Origin: Acidobacteriota bacterium
Lineage (GTDB): Bacteria > Acidobacteriota > Vicinamibacteria > Vicinamibacterales > UBA2999
Reading direction: 5' to 3'
DNA length: 64,000 nucleotides
Assembly (NCBI GenBank): GCA_030697165.1
Contig: JAUYQQ010000004.1
Coordinates: 205,390 to 269,389, forward strand
The first letter of the stretch is position 1, and each line of letters begins with the position of its first letter. The notes under the pieces were generated by a model. It did no database searches and was not told the DNA's origin. It was given only the letters and a program-made list of their open reading frames with translations. Of the stretch, positions 51,889 to 62,040 are shown in pieces. The translations under genes were made by a program, and so were the position numbers.

Positions 51889-51984
51889 GATCCGCGAGGA
51901 TAACATGCCAAGAACGGTCGCCGGCAGGCGCGCCCCGGCACCGGATGACCTCATCTGTCACGCCGTGCCGCGATCGATCAACTG

Positions 51985-53364
51985 ATGGGTGCGTTCTTCG
52001 AGGAAGGCCGCGGCGAGGCGCTGCACGAGGTCAAGGGCAAACGCCTCCGGGGCGGCTGGCGCTACCAGTTCCAGTACCAGCTCCAGAGCTACAAGTCGCC
52101 GCGTGGCTTCAACACGCAGCGCGACGCCCTGGACGCCGAGGCGGAGCACCGGCGCCGGCTCAAGCTGCAGGCCGCCGGCGTCTACGTGCCGCCCACGAAA
52201 GCCACGGCCGCGAGCTTCCAGAACTGGGCCGGCGTGTATTCGGAGTACGTGCATTCCCTGCACGCGAAGGGCCTGATCAAACGGCCCGAGATCATTGACG
52301 CCAACCTGAGTTCGGTGCTGCGCTTCTGGGGCCGTCGGCCGACGAAGCCTGGCGCCTACGTGCACCCGACCGGCAAGTATCTGGACCTCACCCTGGCCGA
52401 CCCGATCGCCGACCCGAGCTTGATGCGCGCGTTCGATGAATGGATGGACGCCGAAGGCATCGAAGGGTCCACGCGCAACCACTACAACACCACGATGAGC
52501 CGGATGTACTGGCTCGCGCTGCAGGCCGAGTATCGGCGCGAGGCGGGCGAGCCGGCTTATAACCCGTTCGCGCAGCGGCCGCGGTCGAAGGGCAAGCGTC
52601 GGCGGGTTGCCCTCTCGGTCGAACAGATCCAGGCGTGGATCGCGCAGGCGTCGTATCACGTTCGCATCGCTATGTCGGTCGCGGCCCTCGCGCCTGAGCT
52701 GCGCCTGGTCAACGTGCTGCAGCTCACCTGGAAGGAATCCCACGAGTCGCACGTCGACCTGGCGAACGGCCGCGTTATCGTGTGGGACCACAAGACGGAT
52801 GCCGACGGCAAGGTCATCGTCGTGCCGATCACCGCGCAGCTGCAGGAGATCCTCGAGGACGCGAAGACCAGGCACCCGCGATCGACCCACGTGGTCTGGT
52901 ATCACGGCGGCCCGGTGAAGGACATCGGTGGCGGCGTGAAGGCAGCGGCGATCGCGGCCGGGTTGACGTGGGGTCGCTCTGTCGCCGGCGGCGCGACCTT
53001 CCACACCCTGCGGCACTCGATGAACACCTTCATGGGGCGCATGAAGATTCATCCGGTGCATCACCAGCAGGCGGCTGGGCACAAGGATTTCGCGACGACG
53101 CTGTCGTATTCACATCTGAACGTCGACGACAAGGTCAACACGCTCGAGCAACTGTCAGGCGGCCTGCCAATCCTCGGGTTGGTCAAAGGGGCTGTTAGCC
53201 GGATTTCGCGTGCGACGCGGGGTAAGAAATCGAAGCGGGGTGACTTGCGGGGTGACTCTAGCCGGAAACCACGGGTCAAAACGGCCCGAAAGGGCCGCAC
53301 CGCGGGCCTCAAGCGAGGCCCGAATCTGGCTCGCAAGAAGGCACCTAAAGTGTTGAAGAAGTAA
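51985..53364 (+). CDS. int: tyrosine-type site-specific integrase
   Basis: C-terminal catalytic region ...ATFHTLRHSMNTFMG...AGHKDFATTLSYSHL (H-x-x-R ... H ... Y). It ends 10 nt before the att core / tRNA. Confidence 0.85.
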   Translation: MGAFFEEGRGEALHEVKGKRLRGGWRYQFQYQLQSYKSPRGFNTQRDALDAEAEHRRRLKLQAAGVYVPPTKATAASFQNWAGVYSEYVHSLHAKGLIKRPEIIDANLSSVLRFWGRRPTKPGAYVHPTGKYLDLTLADPIADPSLMRAFDEWMDAEGIEGSTRNHYNTTMSRMYWLALQAEYRREAGEPAYNPFAQRPRSKGKRRRVALSVEQIQAWIAQASYHVRIAMSVAALAPELRLVNVLQLTWKESHESHVDLANGRVIVWDHKTDADGKVIVVPITAQLQEILEDAKTRHPRSTHVVWYHGGPVKDIGGGVKAAAIAAGLTWGRSVAGGATFHTLRHSMNTFMGRMKIHPVHHQQAAGHKDFATTLSYSHLNVDDKVNTLEQLSGGLPILGLVKGAVSRISRATRGKKSKRGDLRGDSSRKPRVKTARKGRTAGLKRGPNLARKKAPKVLKK

Positions 53365-53374
53365 GACTTGATGT

Positions 53375-53432
53375 TGGTGCGGAAGAGAGGACTCGAACCT
53401 CCACCCGGTTGCCCGGACTAGCTCCTGAGGCT
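53375..53432. repeat. att core copy forming the 3' part of the intact tRNA-Leu
   Basis: 58/58 identity with 5040-5097. Confidence 0.95.
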
Positions 53433-53461
53433 AGCGCGTCTGCCAATTCCGCCACTCCCGC
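53375..53461 (-). tRNA. tRNA-Leu (anticodon CAG), type II with long variable arm, CCA encoded
   Basis: Reverse complement: GCGGGAG TG GCGGAATTGGCAGACGCG CTAGC CT-CAG-GA GCTAG TCCGGGCAACCGGGT GGAGGTTCGAGTCCTCC(T)CTTCCGC ACCA. The acceptor stem pairs (one G-U), the T-loop is GGTTCGAGTCC, and the D region closely resembles E. coli tRNA-Leu. Confidence 0.9.
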
Positions 53462-53504
53462 ACTCGGAGGGGTTATTGCTAAGGCAGTGAGTCCATAAGT
53501 ATAC

Positions 53505-54422
53505 CTACCGCTCGGGCGCGAAGGCAAACCTTCCCTTCTTCAGGGCGCTCTGCGCTTCCACGACCGACAGCATCGCCTCGGCGGCATGCGACAGCGTGCC
53601 CTCGCGACGGTGGATCAGCCGGAGCTTGCGGTCGAACGTGAGTTCCGGCACCTCGACCCGCACCAGTTCCTTGTACGCAATCTCGCGCTCGACGGTAATC
53701 GCCGGCAGCAACGCCACACCGTTCCCCATGGCCACGAACTTCTTGATCGCGTCGATGGTCGGCATCTCCACCGGCATGCGCAATTCGACCCGGCGTTTGC
53801 GAAAGGTGTCGATGACCCGTTGACGGTACGGGGATGACACGTGGTGCGCGACGAACGACTCGCTGGCCAACTCCGCAATCGACACCTTGGCGCGCCGCGC
53901 CAGGGGATGCGTCGGCGGCACCACGAACGCCAGCTCGTCGTGATACACGACGATCGACTGCAGCGCGGCGGTGTCGGGGCGAAACGTGACCACGCCGAAG
54001 TCGGCGCCGTAGTCGAGCACCTGGGCGGGCACGCGGCTGCCCAAGGCCCGCTGCACCGTGATGTGCACATCCGGGTAGAGCCGGCGATATTCGTGCAGGA
54101 TCGGCAACAGGTAAAGGCACGTCAACTCGTTGGCGGCCACGGTCAGCCGGCCGGTGCGCAACTGCCGCACGTCGTCGAGCGCCGACATGGTCCGCTGCCG
54201 CAGGTTGACCAGACGCTCGGCGTGGTCGGCGAGCACGCGCCCGGCGTCGGTCAGCACCCCCCGCCGGCTCGACCGATCGAACAGCGGCCGGCCGATTTCG
54301 TCCTCCAGCTTCTTGATGGTCTGGCTGATGGCCGGCTGGGTGCGATACAGGGCCTTGGCGGCCGCGGAAAAGCTGCCTTCACGCACAACTGCAAGAAAGG
54401 CTTCAAGTTGGAACAGTTCCAT
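53505..54422 (-). CDS. LysR-family transcriptional regulator
   Basis: N-terminal HTH MELFQLEAFLAVVREGSFSAAAKALYRTQPAISQTIKKLEDEIG, then a typical LysR substrate-binding domain. Divergent from the leu operon. Confidence 0.85.
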   Translation of the reverse strand: MELFQLEAFLAVVREGSFSAAAKALYRTQPAISQTIKKLEDEIGRPLFDRSSRRGVLTDAGRVLADHAERLVNLRQRTMSALDDVRQLRTGRLTVAANELTCLYLLPILHEYRRLYPDVHITVQRALGSRVPAQVLDYGADFGVVTFRPDTAALQSIVVYHDELAFVVPPTHPLARRAKVSIAELASESFVAHHVSSPYRQRVIDTFRKRRVELRMPVEMPTIDAIKKFVAMGNGVALLPAITVEREIAYKELVRVEVPELTFDRKLRLIHRREGTLSHAAEAMLSVVEAQSALKKGRFAFAPER

Positions 54423-54524
54423 CGGGAGTCATAGTATAAGCAAACAGGTGATAGTCCATAGATATTATTACTTTGACTTATTTTGGTCGGCCGCCCGAGA
54501 CTGTCAGGGCAAAGCTTGGACACC

Positions 54525-55736
54525 ATGGCCACCAGATCCCGCATCCACGTCTTCGACACGACCCTTCGCGACGGCGAGCAAGCGCCGGGCTTCAGCATGA
54601 CAGCGACAGAGAAGCTGCGGCTGGCCCAGCAATTGGACCGCCTCGGCGTCGACATCATCGAAGCCGGCTTCCCCATTTCGTCGGACGGCGACTTCGACGC
54701 GGTGAAGACCATTGCCGGCGCCGTGCGGCGGCCGATCATCGCCGGCCTGGCCCGGGCGATCCCGGCCGACATCGACCGCGCCTGGGCGGCGCTGGCGGGC
54801 GCGGCGCGGCCGCGCATCCACGTATTTCTGGCGACGTCTGACATCCACCTCGAACACAAGCTGCGCATCTCGCGCGAGCAGTGCGTGGCGCAAATCAAGA
54901 GCGCCGTGGCCCACGCGCGGGCCCTGTGTGCCGACGTCGAGTTCTCGGCCGAAGACGCGACGCGCAGCGACCTGGCGTTCCTGTGCGAGGTCGCGGTCGC
55001 GGCGGTGGAGGCCGGCGCCACCACCATCAACCTGCCCGACACGGTCGGCTACGCGCTGCCAGCCGACATTCACAGGATGTTCTCGACCGTCGGCCAACTG
55101 ATCGGCGACCGCGCGGTCCTCTCCGCCCACTGCCACAACGACCTCGGCATGGCGGTGGCCAACTCCGTCGCGGCCATCCAGGCCGGCGCGCGGCAGGTCG
55201 AGTGCACCATCAACGGCATTGGCGAGCGGGCCGGGAACGCATCGCTCGAAGAGATTGTCATGACGCTCGAAGTGCGGGCCGATGCCCTGCCCTTCACGAC
55301 CGGGATCAACACCCCTGGCCTCGTGCCCGCCAGCAACACGCTGTCGGCCATCGTCGGGGTCTCGGTGCCGCCGAACAAGGCCATTGTCGGGGCGAACGCC
55401 TTCGCGCACGAGGCCGGCATTCACCAGGATGGCATGCTGAAGTACGAACTGACCTACGAGATCATGCGCCCCGAGTCGGTGGGCGCGGCGGGGACGCGGC
55501 TGGTGCTCGGCAAGCATTCCGGCCTGCGCGGCCTCGACGCGCGGTGCCGCGACCTGGGCCATCGCCTGCGGCAGGCCGAACTCGAGCGTCTCTACGTCAA
55601 GGTGACGGCGCTCGCGGATCGCACCAAGACGGTGGACGACGCCCAGTTGACCGCGATCATTCGCGACGAGATGGCCACGGCAATGGCCGTGGGCGCCGCG
55701 GCCGGTGCGCAACGCGGAGACGCCGCATGTCACTGA
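54525..55736 (+). CDS. leuA: 2-isopropylmalate synthase, short form without the C-terminal regulatory domain
   Basis: [23 protein letters not shown]...[13 protein letters not shown]...[12 protein letters not shown]...LVLGKHSG. It ends about 25 aa after ...[16 protein letters not shown], for 403 aa in total. Confidence 0.8.
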   Translation: MATRSRIHVFDTTLRDGEQAPGFSMTATEKLRLAQQLDRLGVDIIEAGFPISSDGDFDAVKTIAGAVRRPIIAGLARAIPADIDRAWAALAGAARPRIHVFLATSDIHLEHKLRISREQCVAQIKSAVAHARALCADVEFSAEDATRSDLAFLCEVAVAAVEAGATTINLPDTVGYALPADIHRMFSTVGQLIGDRAVLSAHCHNDLGMAVANSVAAIQAGARQVECTINGIGERAGNASLEEIVMTLEVRADALPFTTGINTPGLVPASNTLSAIVGVSVPPNKAIVGANAFAHEAGIHQDGMLKYELTYEIMRPESVGAAGTRLVLGKHSGLRGLDARCRDLGHRLRQAELERLYVKVTALADRTKTVDDAQLTAIIRDEMATAMAVGAAAGAQRGDAACH

Positions 55737-56827
55737 CGATCGCCCTGCTGCCGGGCGACGGCATCGGGCCGGAAGTCACGGCCGAGGCCGTGCGCATCCT
55801 GAAGAACGTCGCGCAGCACGCCGGCAAGTCGTTCACGTTCAGCACGCACCGGATTGGCGGCGTGGCCATCGATAGCGACGGCCAGGGCCTGCCCGAGGCC
55901 ACGCTCGAGGCCTGTCTCGGCGCCGACGCGGTGCTGCTTGGCGCGGTCGGCCACCCGAAGTTCGACGGCCGCCTCCCCTCGCAGCGGCCCGAGGCGGCCC
56001 TGCTCGCCTTGCGCCAGGCGCTCGGCGGCTACGCCAACCTGCGGCCAGCCATCTGCTATGCGCCGCTGGCGAAGCGCACGCCGTTCCAGCCCGAGAAGGT
56101 GAAGGGCGCCGACATCCTGATCATCCGCGAGCTGCTGGGCGGCCTGTACTTCGGCGAGCCGCGTGGCTTCGAGGCGTCGGGCACCACCGCGTTCAACACG
56201 TTGATCTACTCGCGTCATGAAGTGGAACGAGTCGCCCGCGTCGCCTTCGAGCGCGCGCGTGAACGGCGTGGCCGGGTCGCCTCGATCGACAAGGCGAACG
56301 TGCTCGAAACCTCGCAGCTGTGGCGCAAGGTGGTCTCAGAAACCGCGAAGGAATACCCGGACATCGCGCTCGAGCACGTCTTCGTCGACACCGCGGCCAT
56401 GCGGCTCGCGACCTCGCCCACCAGCTTCGACGTCATGCTGTGCGACAACCTGTTCGGCGACATCCTGAGCGACCAGGCGGCTTCGATCGCCGGCTCGCTT
56501 GGCGTGCTGCCGTCGGCCACGCTCGGCGGCCGCGTGGATCTGTACGAGCCGGTGCACGGCTCGGCACCCGACATTGCCGGCAAGGGCTGGGCGAACCCGG
56601 TCGGCGCCATCGCCAGCGCCGCCATGCTGCTTCGCTTTACCGCGAAGATGGACAAGGAAGCGGCGGAGATCGATCACGCCATTGAAGACGCCCTGACGGC
56701 CGGCGCGCGGACGCGCGACCTGGCCGGTCCCGGCGAGCGCGTGCTCTCAACCCAGGAGATGGGCCAGGCCATCGAAGACGCGTTGGCCGACGTGCGCGAC
56801 AGGCGGCATTCGTATCATGCCGTCTAA
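55727..56827 (+). CDS. leuB: 3-isopropylmalate dehydrogenase
   Basis: [17 protein letters not shown]...LLGAVG.PKFD...[14 protein letters not shown]...[19 protein letters not shown]...[22 protein letters not shown] at 55727 overlaps the leuA end. Confidence 0.9.
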   Translation: MSLTIALLPGDGIGPEVTAEAVRILKNVAQHAGKSFTFSTHRIGGVAIDSDGQGLPEATLEACLGADAVLLGAVGHPKFDGRLPSQRPEAALLALRQALGGYANLRPAICYAPLAKRTPFQPEKVKGADILIIRELLGGLYFGEPRGFEASGTTAFNTLIYSRHEVERVARVAFERARERRGRVASIDKANVLETSQLWRKVVSETAKEYPDIALEHVFVDTAAMRLATSPTSFDVMLCDNLFGDILSDQAASIAGSLGVLPSATLGGRVDLYEPVHGSAPDIAGKGWANPVGAIASAAMLLRFTAKMDKEAAEIDHAIEDALTAGARTRDLAGPGERVLSTQEMGQAIEDALADVRDRRHSYHAV

Positions 56828-58274
56828 CTTCTGGGCCGTCGGGCACCCCAGCACCCGAGCACCCAAGCACCCCAGCACCTTGCTCGATAAGGTGTGGGAC
56901 GCACACGTGGTGCGTGTCCTCGATGACGGTCGCAGCCTGATTTACATCGATCGGCACCTCGTCCACGAGGTGACGTCGCCGCAAGCCTTCGAAGGCTTGC
57001 GCCTCGCCGGCCGGAAGGTGCGACGGCCCGACCTGACCTTTGCCACCGTCGATCACAACGTGCCGACCGCTGGCCGCGAGCTGCCCATTGCCGATCCGCT
57101 CGCGCGGGCGCAGGTCGAAGCCCTGCGTCGTAACGCCCCGACATTCGGCGTGCCGCTCTTCGACTTCGACAGCGGCCGCCAGGGCATTGTCCACGTGATC
57201 GGCCCCGAACTGGGCCTCACACTGCCGGGCACCACGATCGTGTGCGGCGACAGCCACACGAGCACCCACGGCGCATTCGGCGCGCTGGCATTCGGCATCG
57301 GCACGAGCGAGGTCGAGCACGTGCTGGCGACGCAGTGCCTGGTCCAGCAGAAACCGAAGGCGATGCGCGTGCAGTTCACCGGCGCGCTGATGCCCCGCGT
57401 CACCGCCAAGGATGTCGCGCTGGCGATGATCGCCCGCCTCGGGTTCAGCGGCGGCACCGGCTATGCGCTCGAGCTCGGCGGCCCACTGGTGGCGTCATTC
57501 TCGATGGAAGAACGGATGACGCTGTGCAACATGAGCATCGAAGCCGGCGCGCGCAGCGCGCTGGTGGCGCCGGACGAGACGACCTACACCTATCTGAAGG
57601 GCCGCCCGCACGCGCCACACGGCGCCGATTGGGACGCCGCCGTCGCCGACTGGCGTGGGCTTCGCAGTGATGACGGCGCCACCTTCGATGCCGAGGTCGC
57701 CATCGACGTCAGCGCGCTGGCGCCGGTCGTGACCTGGGGCACGCGTCCCGATATGTCGCTGCCCATCACCGCCAACGTTCCCGACCCCAGTTCGGCGGCC
57801 TCGGAAGGCGACGCCGCAGCGATGGCGCGCGCCCTCACCTACATGGGCCTGACGCCCGGCACACCAATCGAGTCAGTGCCCGTGGACCGGGTGTTCATCG
57901 GCTCGTGCACCAATGCCCGCATCGCCGACCTGCGCGCCGCGGCCGACGTGGTCCGCGGCCACCGGGTCAAGGCCGGCGTGCGCGCGCTCGTGGTACCGGG
58001 CTCACAACAGGTCAAGGCCGACGCCGAGCGCGAAGGCCTCGACCGCATCTTCGCCGCAGCCGGCTTCGAGTGGCGCGAACCCGGCTGCTCCATGTGCCTG
58101 GGCATGAACGACGATGTGCTGGGCGAGGGCGAACGGTGCGCCTCCACCAGCAACCGCAACTTCGAAGGCCGCCAGGGCCGCGGCGGGCGCACGCACCTGG
58201 TCAGTCCGGCGATGGCCGCCGCCGCCGCCATCGAGGGCCATTTCACCGACGTGCGGCAATGGGAGTACCGGTGA
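56817..58274 (+). CDS. leuC: 3-isopropylmalate dehydratase large subunit
   Basis: ...[11 protein letters not shown]...[19 protein letters not shown]...CGDSHT...GSCTNARI...SMCLGMN.... The start is either ATG 56817 (a 21-aa extension encoded by the 8-bp repeats) or TTG 56880 ([11 protein letters not shown]). Confidence 0.9.
   Translation: MPSNFWAVGHPSTRAPKHPSTLLDKVWDAHVVRVLDDGRSLIYIDRHLVHEVTSPQAFEGLRLAGRKVRRPDLTFATVDHNVPTAGRELPIADPLARAQVEALRRNAPTFGVPLFDFDSGRQGIVHVIGPELGLTLPGTTIVCGDSHTSTHGAFGALAFGIGTSEVEHVLATQCLVQQKPKAMRVQFTGALMPRVTAKDVALAMIARLGFSGGTGYALELGGPLVASFSMEERMTLCNMSIEAGARSALVAPDETTYTYLKGRPHAPHGADWDAAVADWRGLRSDDGATFDAEVAIDVSALAPVVTWGTRPDMSLPITANVPDPSSAASEGDAAAMARALTYMGLTPGTPIESVPVDRVFIGSCTNARIADLRAAADVVRGHRVKAGVRALVVPGSQQVKADAEREGLDRIFAAAGFEWREPGCSMCLGMNDDVLGEGERCASTSNRNFEGRQGRGGRTHLVSPAMAAAAAIEGHFTDVRQWEYR
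56842..56881. repeat. five tandem 8-bp units (A/G)GCACC(C/T)N at the leuB-leuC junction
   Basis: ggcacccc agcacccg agcaccca agcacccc agcacctt, read directly. Confidence 0.85.
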
Positions 58275-58873
58275 GCCAACCATTCCGCGTCCACCAGGGC
58301 CGCGTGGCACCGCTGCGCCGGAGCCATGTCGACACCGATCAGATCATCCCGAAGAACTTCCTGAAGCGCATCGAGCGCACCGGGTTTGGGCCGTTCCTGT
58401 TCCACGACTGGCGCCGCACCGCCACGGGCGACCTCGATCCGGCGTTCTCGCTGAACCAGCCGGCCTATGCCGGCGCCACGATCCTGGCGGCGGGGCCGAA
58501 CTTCGGCTGCGGCTCGTCGCGCGAGCACGCCGCGTGGGCGTTGACCGATGCCGGCTTTCGCGTGGTGCTGGCGCCGTCGTTCGCCGACATCTTCCGCAAC
58601 AACGCGGTGGGCAACGGCCTGGTCCCGGTCGCCATTTCCGAAACGGCGGTCAACACCATTCTCGACCGGGCCGAAGCCGGCACCGGCTACGGACTGACGA
58701 TTGACCTCGAACTCTGTGAGGTGCGCGACGCGCACGGCCTGCGCGAACGCTTTGCGTTTGACGAGGCATCGCGGCAGCGGCTGCTCGAGGGCAAGGACGA
58801 AATCGACCTCATTCTCGCGAACGATGCCGAGATCTCGGCCTTTGAACAACGGCGCACGGACAGTCTCGCGTAA
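58271..58873 (+). CDS. leuD: 3-isopropylmalate dehydratase small subunit
   Basis: GTG overlaps the leuC stop (GTGA). ...[21 protein letters not shown]...[15 protein letters not shown]...[17 protein letters not shown]. Confidence 0.9.
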   Translation: MSQPFRVHQGRVAPLRRSHVDTDQIIPKNFLKRIERTGFGPFLFHDWRRTATGDLDPAFSLNQPAYAGATILAAGPNFGCGSSREHAAWALTDAGFRVVLAPSFADIFRNNAVGNGLVPVAISETAVNTILDRAEAGTGYGLTIDLELCEVRDAHGLRERFAFDEASRQRLLEGKDEIDLILANDAEISAFEQRRTDSLA

Positions 58874-58875
58874 CT

Positions 58876-58903
58876 CTGGCTACTGGCTACTGGCTACTGG
58901 ATA
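58876..58903. repeat. four tandem 7-bp units (CTGGCTA x3 plus CTGGATA) filling the leuD-ilvB spacer
   Basis: taa ct ctggcta ctggcta ctggcta ctggata cctttt ATG, read directly. Confidence 0.9.
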
Positions 58904-58909
58904 CCTTTT

Positions 58910-60658
58910 ATGAAACAGCGTGGCGCTCACATCATCTGGTCGTGCCTGGTCGAACAAGGCGTGGACACCGTGTTCGGCTATCCGGGCGGCGCCATTCTGC
59001 CGGCCTACGATGCGCTGCTCGACCACCCGATTCGCCACGTGCTGGTGCGCCACGAACAGGGCGCCACCCACATGGCCGACGGCTACGCGCGCGCCAGTGG
59101 CAAGGTCGGTGTCGCGCTGGCGACGTCCGGGCCTGGCGCCACCAACCTGGTCACCGGCATCGCCACGGCCATGATGGACTCGATTCCGCTGGTCTGCATC
59201 ACCGGCCAGGTGCCAGAGGCGCTGCTCGGGTCCGATGCGTTCCAGGAAACCGACATCACCGGCATCACGCTCCCCATCACCAAGCACAACTACCTGGTGA
59301 CCAGGGCCGCCGACATTGCCCCGACCCTGCGCGCCGCCTTCCGCCTGGCGACCTCGGGACGCCCCGGACCGGTGCTGGTCGACATCACCAAGAACGCGCA
59401 GCAGGAAGAGACCGACTGGGAACCACGCTCTGAGCGTTCGGAGGGCGAGGGCTTCAGCCCTCGCCGCGCCGACGCCGACACAGCGACCGCTAAAGCGGTC
59501 GCTCTCCGAACGTCGCTGGAAGACGCGACGGCGCTGCTCGCGTCGGCCAAACGGCCGGTGATTCTTGCCGGCCACGGCATCCTGAAGAGCGGCGCGATGG
59601 CCGAAGTGCTGACGCTCGCCGAACGCGCGCACATCCCGGTGGCCATGACCCTGCTCGGCATCGGCAGCCTGCCGGCCTCTCACCCGCTCAACCTCGGCAT
59701 GATGGGCATGCACGGCGAGGCGTGGGTCAACGACGCCATCCAGGAGGCCGACCTCCTGCTCGCGCTCGGCATGCGCTTCGACGACCGCGTCACCGGCAAG
59801 TTGGCCGAGTATGCGCGCCACGCGAAGAAAATCCACATCGACATTGATCCGTCGGAACTGCACAAGAACGTGCGCGCCGACGTGGCCGTGCAAGGCGACC
59901 TGAAGGCGGTGCTGCAGGAGTGGCTGCCGCAGGTCGAGGCCACGCGCCACGACGGGTGGCTCACCCGCATCGGCGACCTCGCCGGCGGTCCCACCGTCCG
60001 CGACATCGACGAGTTGCCCGACGATGGCCGGTTGTGCGCGGCGCACGTCATCCACGACATCTGGCGCGCCACCGGCGGCAAGGCGATCATCGTCACCGAT
60101 GTCGGTCAGCACCAGATGTGGGCGGCGCAGTATTACAAGGTGCACGAACCGGGCACGTTCATCACCTCGGGCGGCCTCGGCACCATGGGCTTCGGGTTAC
60201 CTGCGGCGATCGGCGCCAAGATGGCGCGGCCCGACAAGGAAGTGTGGGCCATCGTCGGCGACGGCGGCTTCCAGATGACGCAAGCCGAGTTGCAGACCAT
60301 GGTCCAGGAGAACGTCAAGGTCAACGTCGCGATCATCAACAACGGCTACCTCGGCATGGTGCGGCAGTGGCAGCAGTTCTTCCACGACCGCCGCTACTCA
60401 TCCACGCCGATGTCGTCGCCCGACTACGTCAAGCTCGCCGATGCCCACGGACTGCCCGGCGTGCGCGTGACCAAGCGCGCCGAGATCAAGGACGCCCTGC
60501 GCCACGCGCGCGCCTCGGCCGGCGCCGTGGTGATGGACTTCCGGGTCGTCCAGGAGGACACCGTCTATCCGATGGTGTCGCCCGGCGCCGCCCTGAACGA
60601 CATGATCCGGCGTCCCGGGTCGCCGTCGCTGGTCGAGACCGGAGCGGATCTCCAATGA
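58910..60658 (+). CDS. ilvB: acetolactate synthase (acetohydroxyacid synthase) large subunit
   Basis: GVDTVFGYPGGAILP...HEQGATHMADGYARASGKVGVALATSGPGATNLVTG...GLGTMGFGLPAAIGAK...GDGGFQM (ThDP motif). Confidence 0.9.
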   Translation: MKQRGAHIIWSCLVEQGVDTVFGYPGGAILPAYDALLDHPIRHVLVRHEQGATHMADGYARASGKVGVALATSGPGATNLVTGIATAMMDSIPLVCITGQVPEALLGSDAFQETDITGITLPITKHNYLVTRAADIAPTLRAAFRLATSGRPGPVLVDITKNAQQEETDWEPRSERSEGEGFSPRRADADTATAKAVALRTSLEDATALLASAKRPVILAGHGILKSGAMAEVLTLAERAHIPVAMTLLGIGSLPASHPLNLGMMGMHGEAWVNDAIQEADLLLALGMRFDDRVTGKLAEYARHAKKIHIDIDPSELHKNVRADVAVQGDLKAVLQEWLPQVEATRHDGWLTRIGDLAGGPTVRDIDELPDDGRLCAAHVIHDIWRATGGKAIIVTDVGQHQMWAAQYYKVHEPGTFITSGGLGTMGFGLPAAIGAKMARPDKEVWAIVGDGGFQMTQAELQTMVQENVKVNVAIINNGYLGMVRQWQQFFHDRRYSSTPMSSPDYVKLADAHGLPGVRVTKRAEIKDALRHARASAGAVVMDFRVVQEDTVYPMVSPGAALNDMIRRPGSPSLVETGADLQ

Positions 60659-60927
60659 TCGACGCTGCCAAGCCGCGGACCATCGTGGTCCGCTACGAGC
60701 ACGAAATCGACGCCCTCGATCGCGTCGCCTCGATCCTCCGCCGCCAGCGCGTGCGCGCGGAAGCCTTCACGGCGGTGGCCTCGCACGACCGGGCCACGGT
60801 GCAGGCCACCATCATGTTCGACAGTTCCGACAAGACCGCGGCGCGCATTGTCGCGCTGCTCGGCAAACAAGTGGGCGTCCTCGCCGTCGAGGATTGGACG
60901 TCAATGGCCAGCCCGTTAGAGGAGTAA
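60655..60927 (+). CDS. ilvN: acetolactate synthase small (regulatory) subunit, short ACT-only form
   Basis: ATGA overlap with the ilvB stop. The 90-aa product reads ...[32 protein letters not shown]...[29 protein letters not shown] (ACT-like). Confidence 0.6.
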   Translation: MIDAAKPRTIVVRYEHEIDALDRVASILRRQRVRAEAFTAVASHDRATVQATIMFDSSDKTAARIVALLGKQVGVLAVEDWTSMASPLEE

Positions 60928-60937
60928 GGGATCGATT

Positions 60938-61960
60938 ATGGCGACGATGATTCACGACGCGGATGTGGACGTAGCGGCAATCCTGGGACGCAAGGTGGCC
61001 GTGATGGGCTTTGGCTCGCAGGGCCACGCGCACTCGATGAACCTGCGCGACAGCGGCGGCACGGTTCGCGTGGCCGTGCGGCCCGGCAGCCGGGGCTGGC
61101 GCGCCGCTGAAGCCGCGGGCTTCACGCCCATGGAGCCGGCGGCGGCGGCGGCGTGGGCCGACGTGATCATGATGCTGGTGCCCGACCTGGTGCAGCCCGG
61201 GTTGTTCAAGAACGACATCGAGCCGCACCTGACGCCGGGCAAGATGCTGATGTTCGCGCACGGCTTCGCGATCCGCTTCAACTGGATCACGCCGCCCGAG
61301 GGCGTGGACGTCTCGATGGTGGCGCCGAAGGCGCCCGGCCATCGCGTCCGAGAAGTGTTCAAGGAAGGGGCGGGCGTGCCCGGCCTGATGGCGATTCACA
61401 AGGACGCGACCGGCAACGCCCGCGCCGCGACGCTCGCTTATGCCAAGGCCATTGGCTGCACGCGCGCCGGCGTGATCGAGACGACGTTCTCGGAAGAGTG
61501 CGAAACCGACCTGTTCGGCGAGCAGGCGGTGCTGTGCGGCGGCGTGAGCGCGCTTGTCACCGCCGGATTTGAAACGCTGGTCGAAGCCGGCTATCAGCCC
61601 GAGATTGCCTATTTCGAATGCCTGCACGAGCTGAAGCTGATCGTCGACTTGATGTATCGCGGCGGCCTGGGCTTCATGCGCTACTCGGTGAGCGACACGG
61701 CCGAGCACGGCGACTACACCGGCGGGCCGCGCCTGGTCACCGACGAGACCAGGAAGGAAATGCGGAAGATGCTGGCGGAGATTCGCTCGGGCGCGTACGC
61801 CGAGAAGCTGGCGCGCGACACCAAGAGCGGCTGGTTCGCGGCCGAACGCGAGAAGAATCGCGAGCACCAGATCGAACAGGTCGGCGCCAGGCTCCGCGCG
61901 CGCATGCCCTTCCTGGAGCCGGCGGCGGCGCCGGAGCCCGAGCCGGCGCTAAAGGCCTGA
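60938..61960 (+). CDS. ilvC: ketol-acid reductoisomerase
   Basis: ...[22 protein letters not shown]...APKAPGH.VR..F.EG.GVP.L.A...[22 protein letters not shown].... Confidence 0.9.
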   Translation: MATMIHDADVDVAAILGRKVAVMGFGSQGHAHSMNLRDSGGTVRVAVRPGSRGWRAAEAAGFTPMEPAAAAAWADVIMMLVPDLVQPGLFKNDIEPHLTPGKMLMFAHGFAIRFNWITPPEGVDVSMVAPKAPGHRVREVFKEGAGVPGLMAIHKDATGNARAATLAYAKAIGCTRAGVIETTFSEECETDLFGEQAVLCGGVSALVTAGFETLVEAGYQPEIAYFECLHELKLIVDLMYRGGLGFMRYSVSDTAEHGDYTGGPRLVTDETRKEMRKMLAEIRSGAYAEKLARDTKSGWFAAEREKNREHQIEQVGARLRARMPFLEPAAAPEPEPALKA

Positions 61961-61968
61961 AGACCAAA

Positions 61969-62040
61969 CAGGAGATCAGGAGTTCAGGAGCCGGCTTTCA
62001 AGAGTGACTCCTGAACTCTTGGACTCCTGCTTCCTCCTGG
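61969..62040. terminator. extended imperfect hairpin built from CAGGAG / CTCCTG 8-bp repeats between convergent genes
   Basis: Left arm: caggagat caggagtt caggagcc. Perfect 11-bp stem gagttcaggag (61980-61990) pairs with ctcctgaactc (62008-62018). Further CTCCTG copies lie at 62023 and 62033. Confidence 0.4.

Larger units (their letters stand above)
5040..53432. mobile_element. integrated temperate tailed-phage genome (siphovirus-type), about 48.4 kb, in tRNA-Leu
   Basis: Exact 58-bp direct repeats at both ends. A tyrosine integrase lies next to the tRNA. There is a CI/Cro divergent switch and full replication, packaging, head, tail and lysis modules. Host metabolic genes lie outside both ends. 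Confidence 0.9.

Noticed and set aside
54423-54524. AT-rich divergent LysR-leuA intergenic region (atagtataagcaaacaggtgatagtccatagatattat), considered as a LysR T-N11-A box or a leucine leader/attenuator
   Set aside because: Several T-N11-A-compatible strings exist by chance in an AT-rich stretch. I see no leader peptide with Leu codons and no terminator/antiterminator pair, so no specific site is called.
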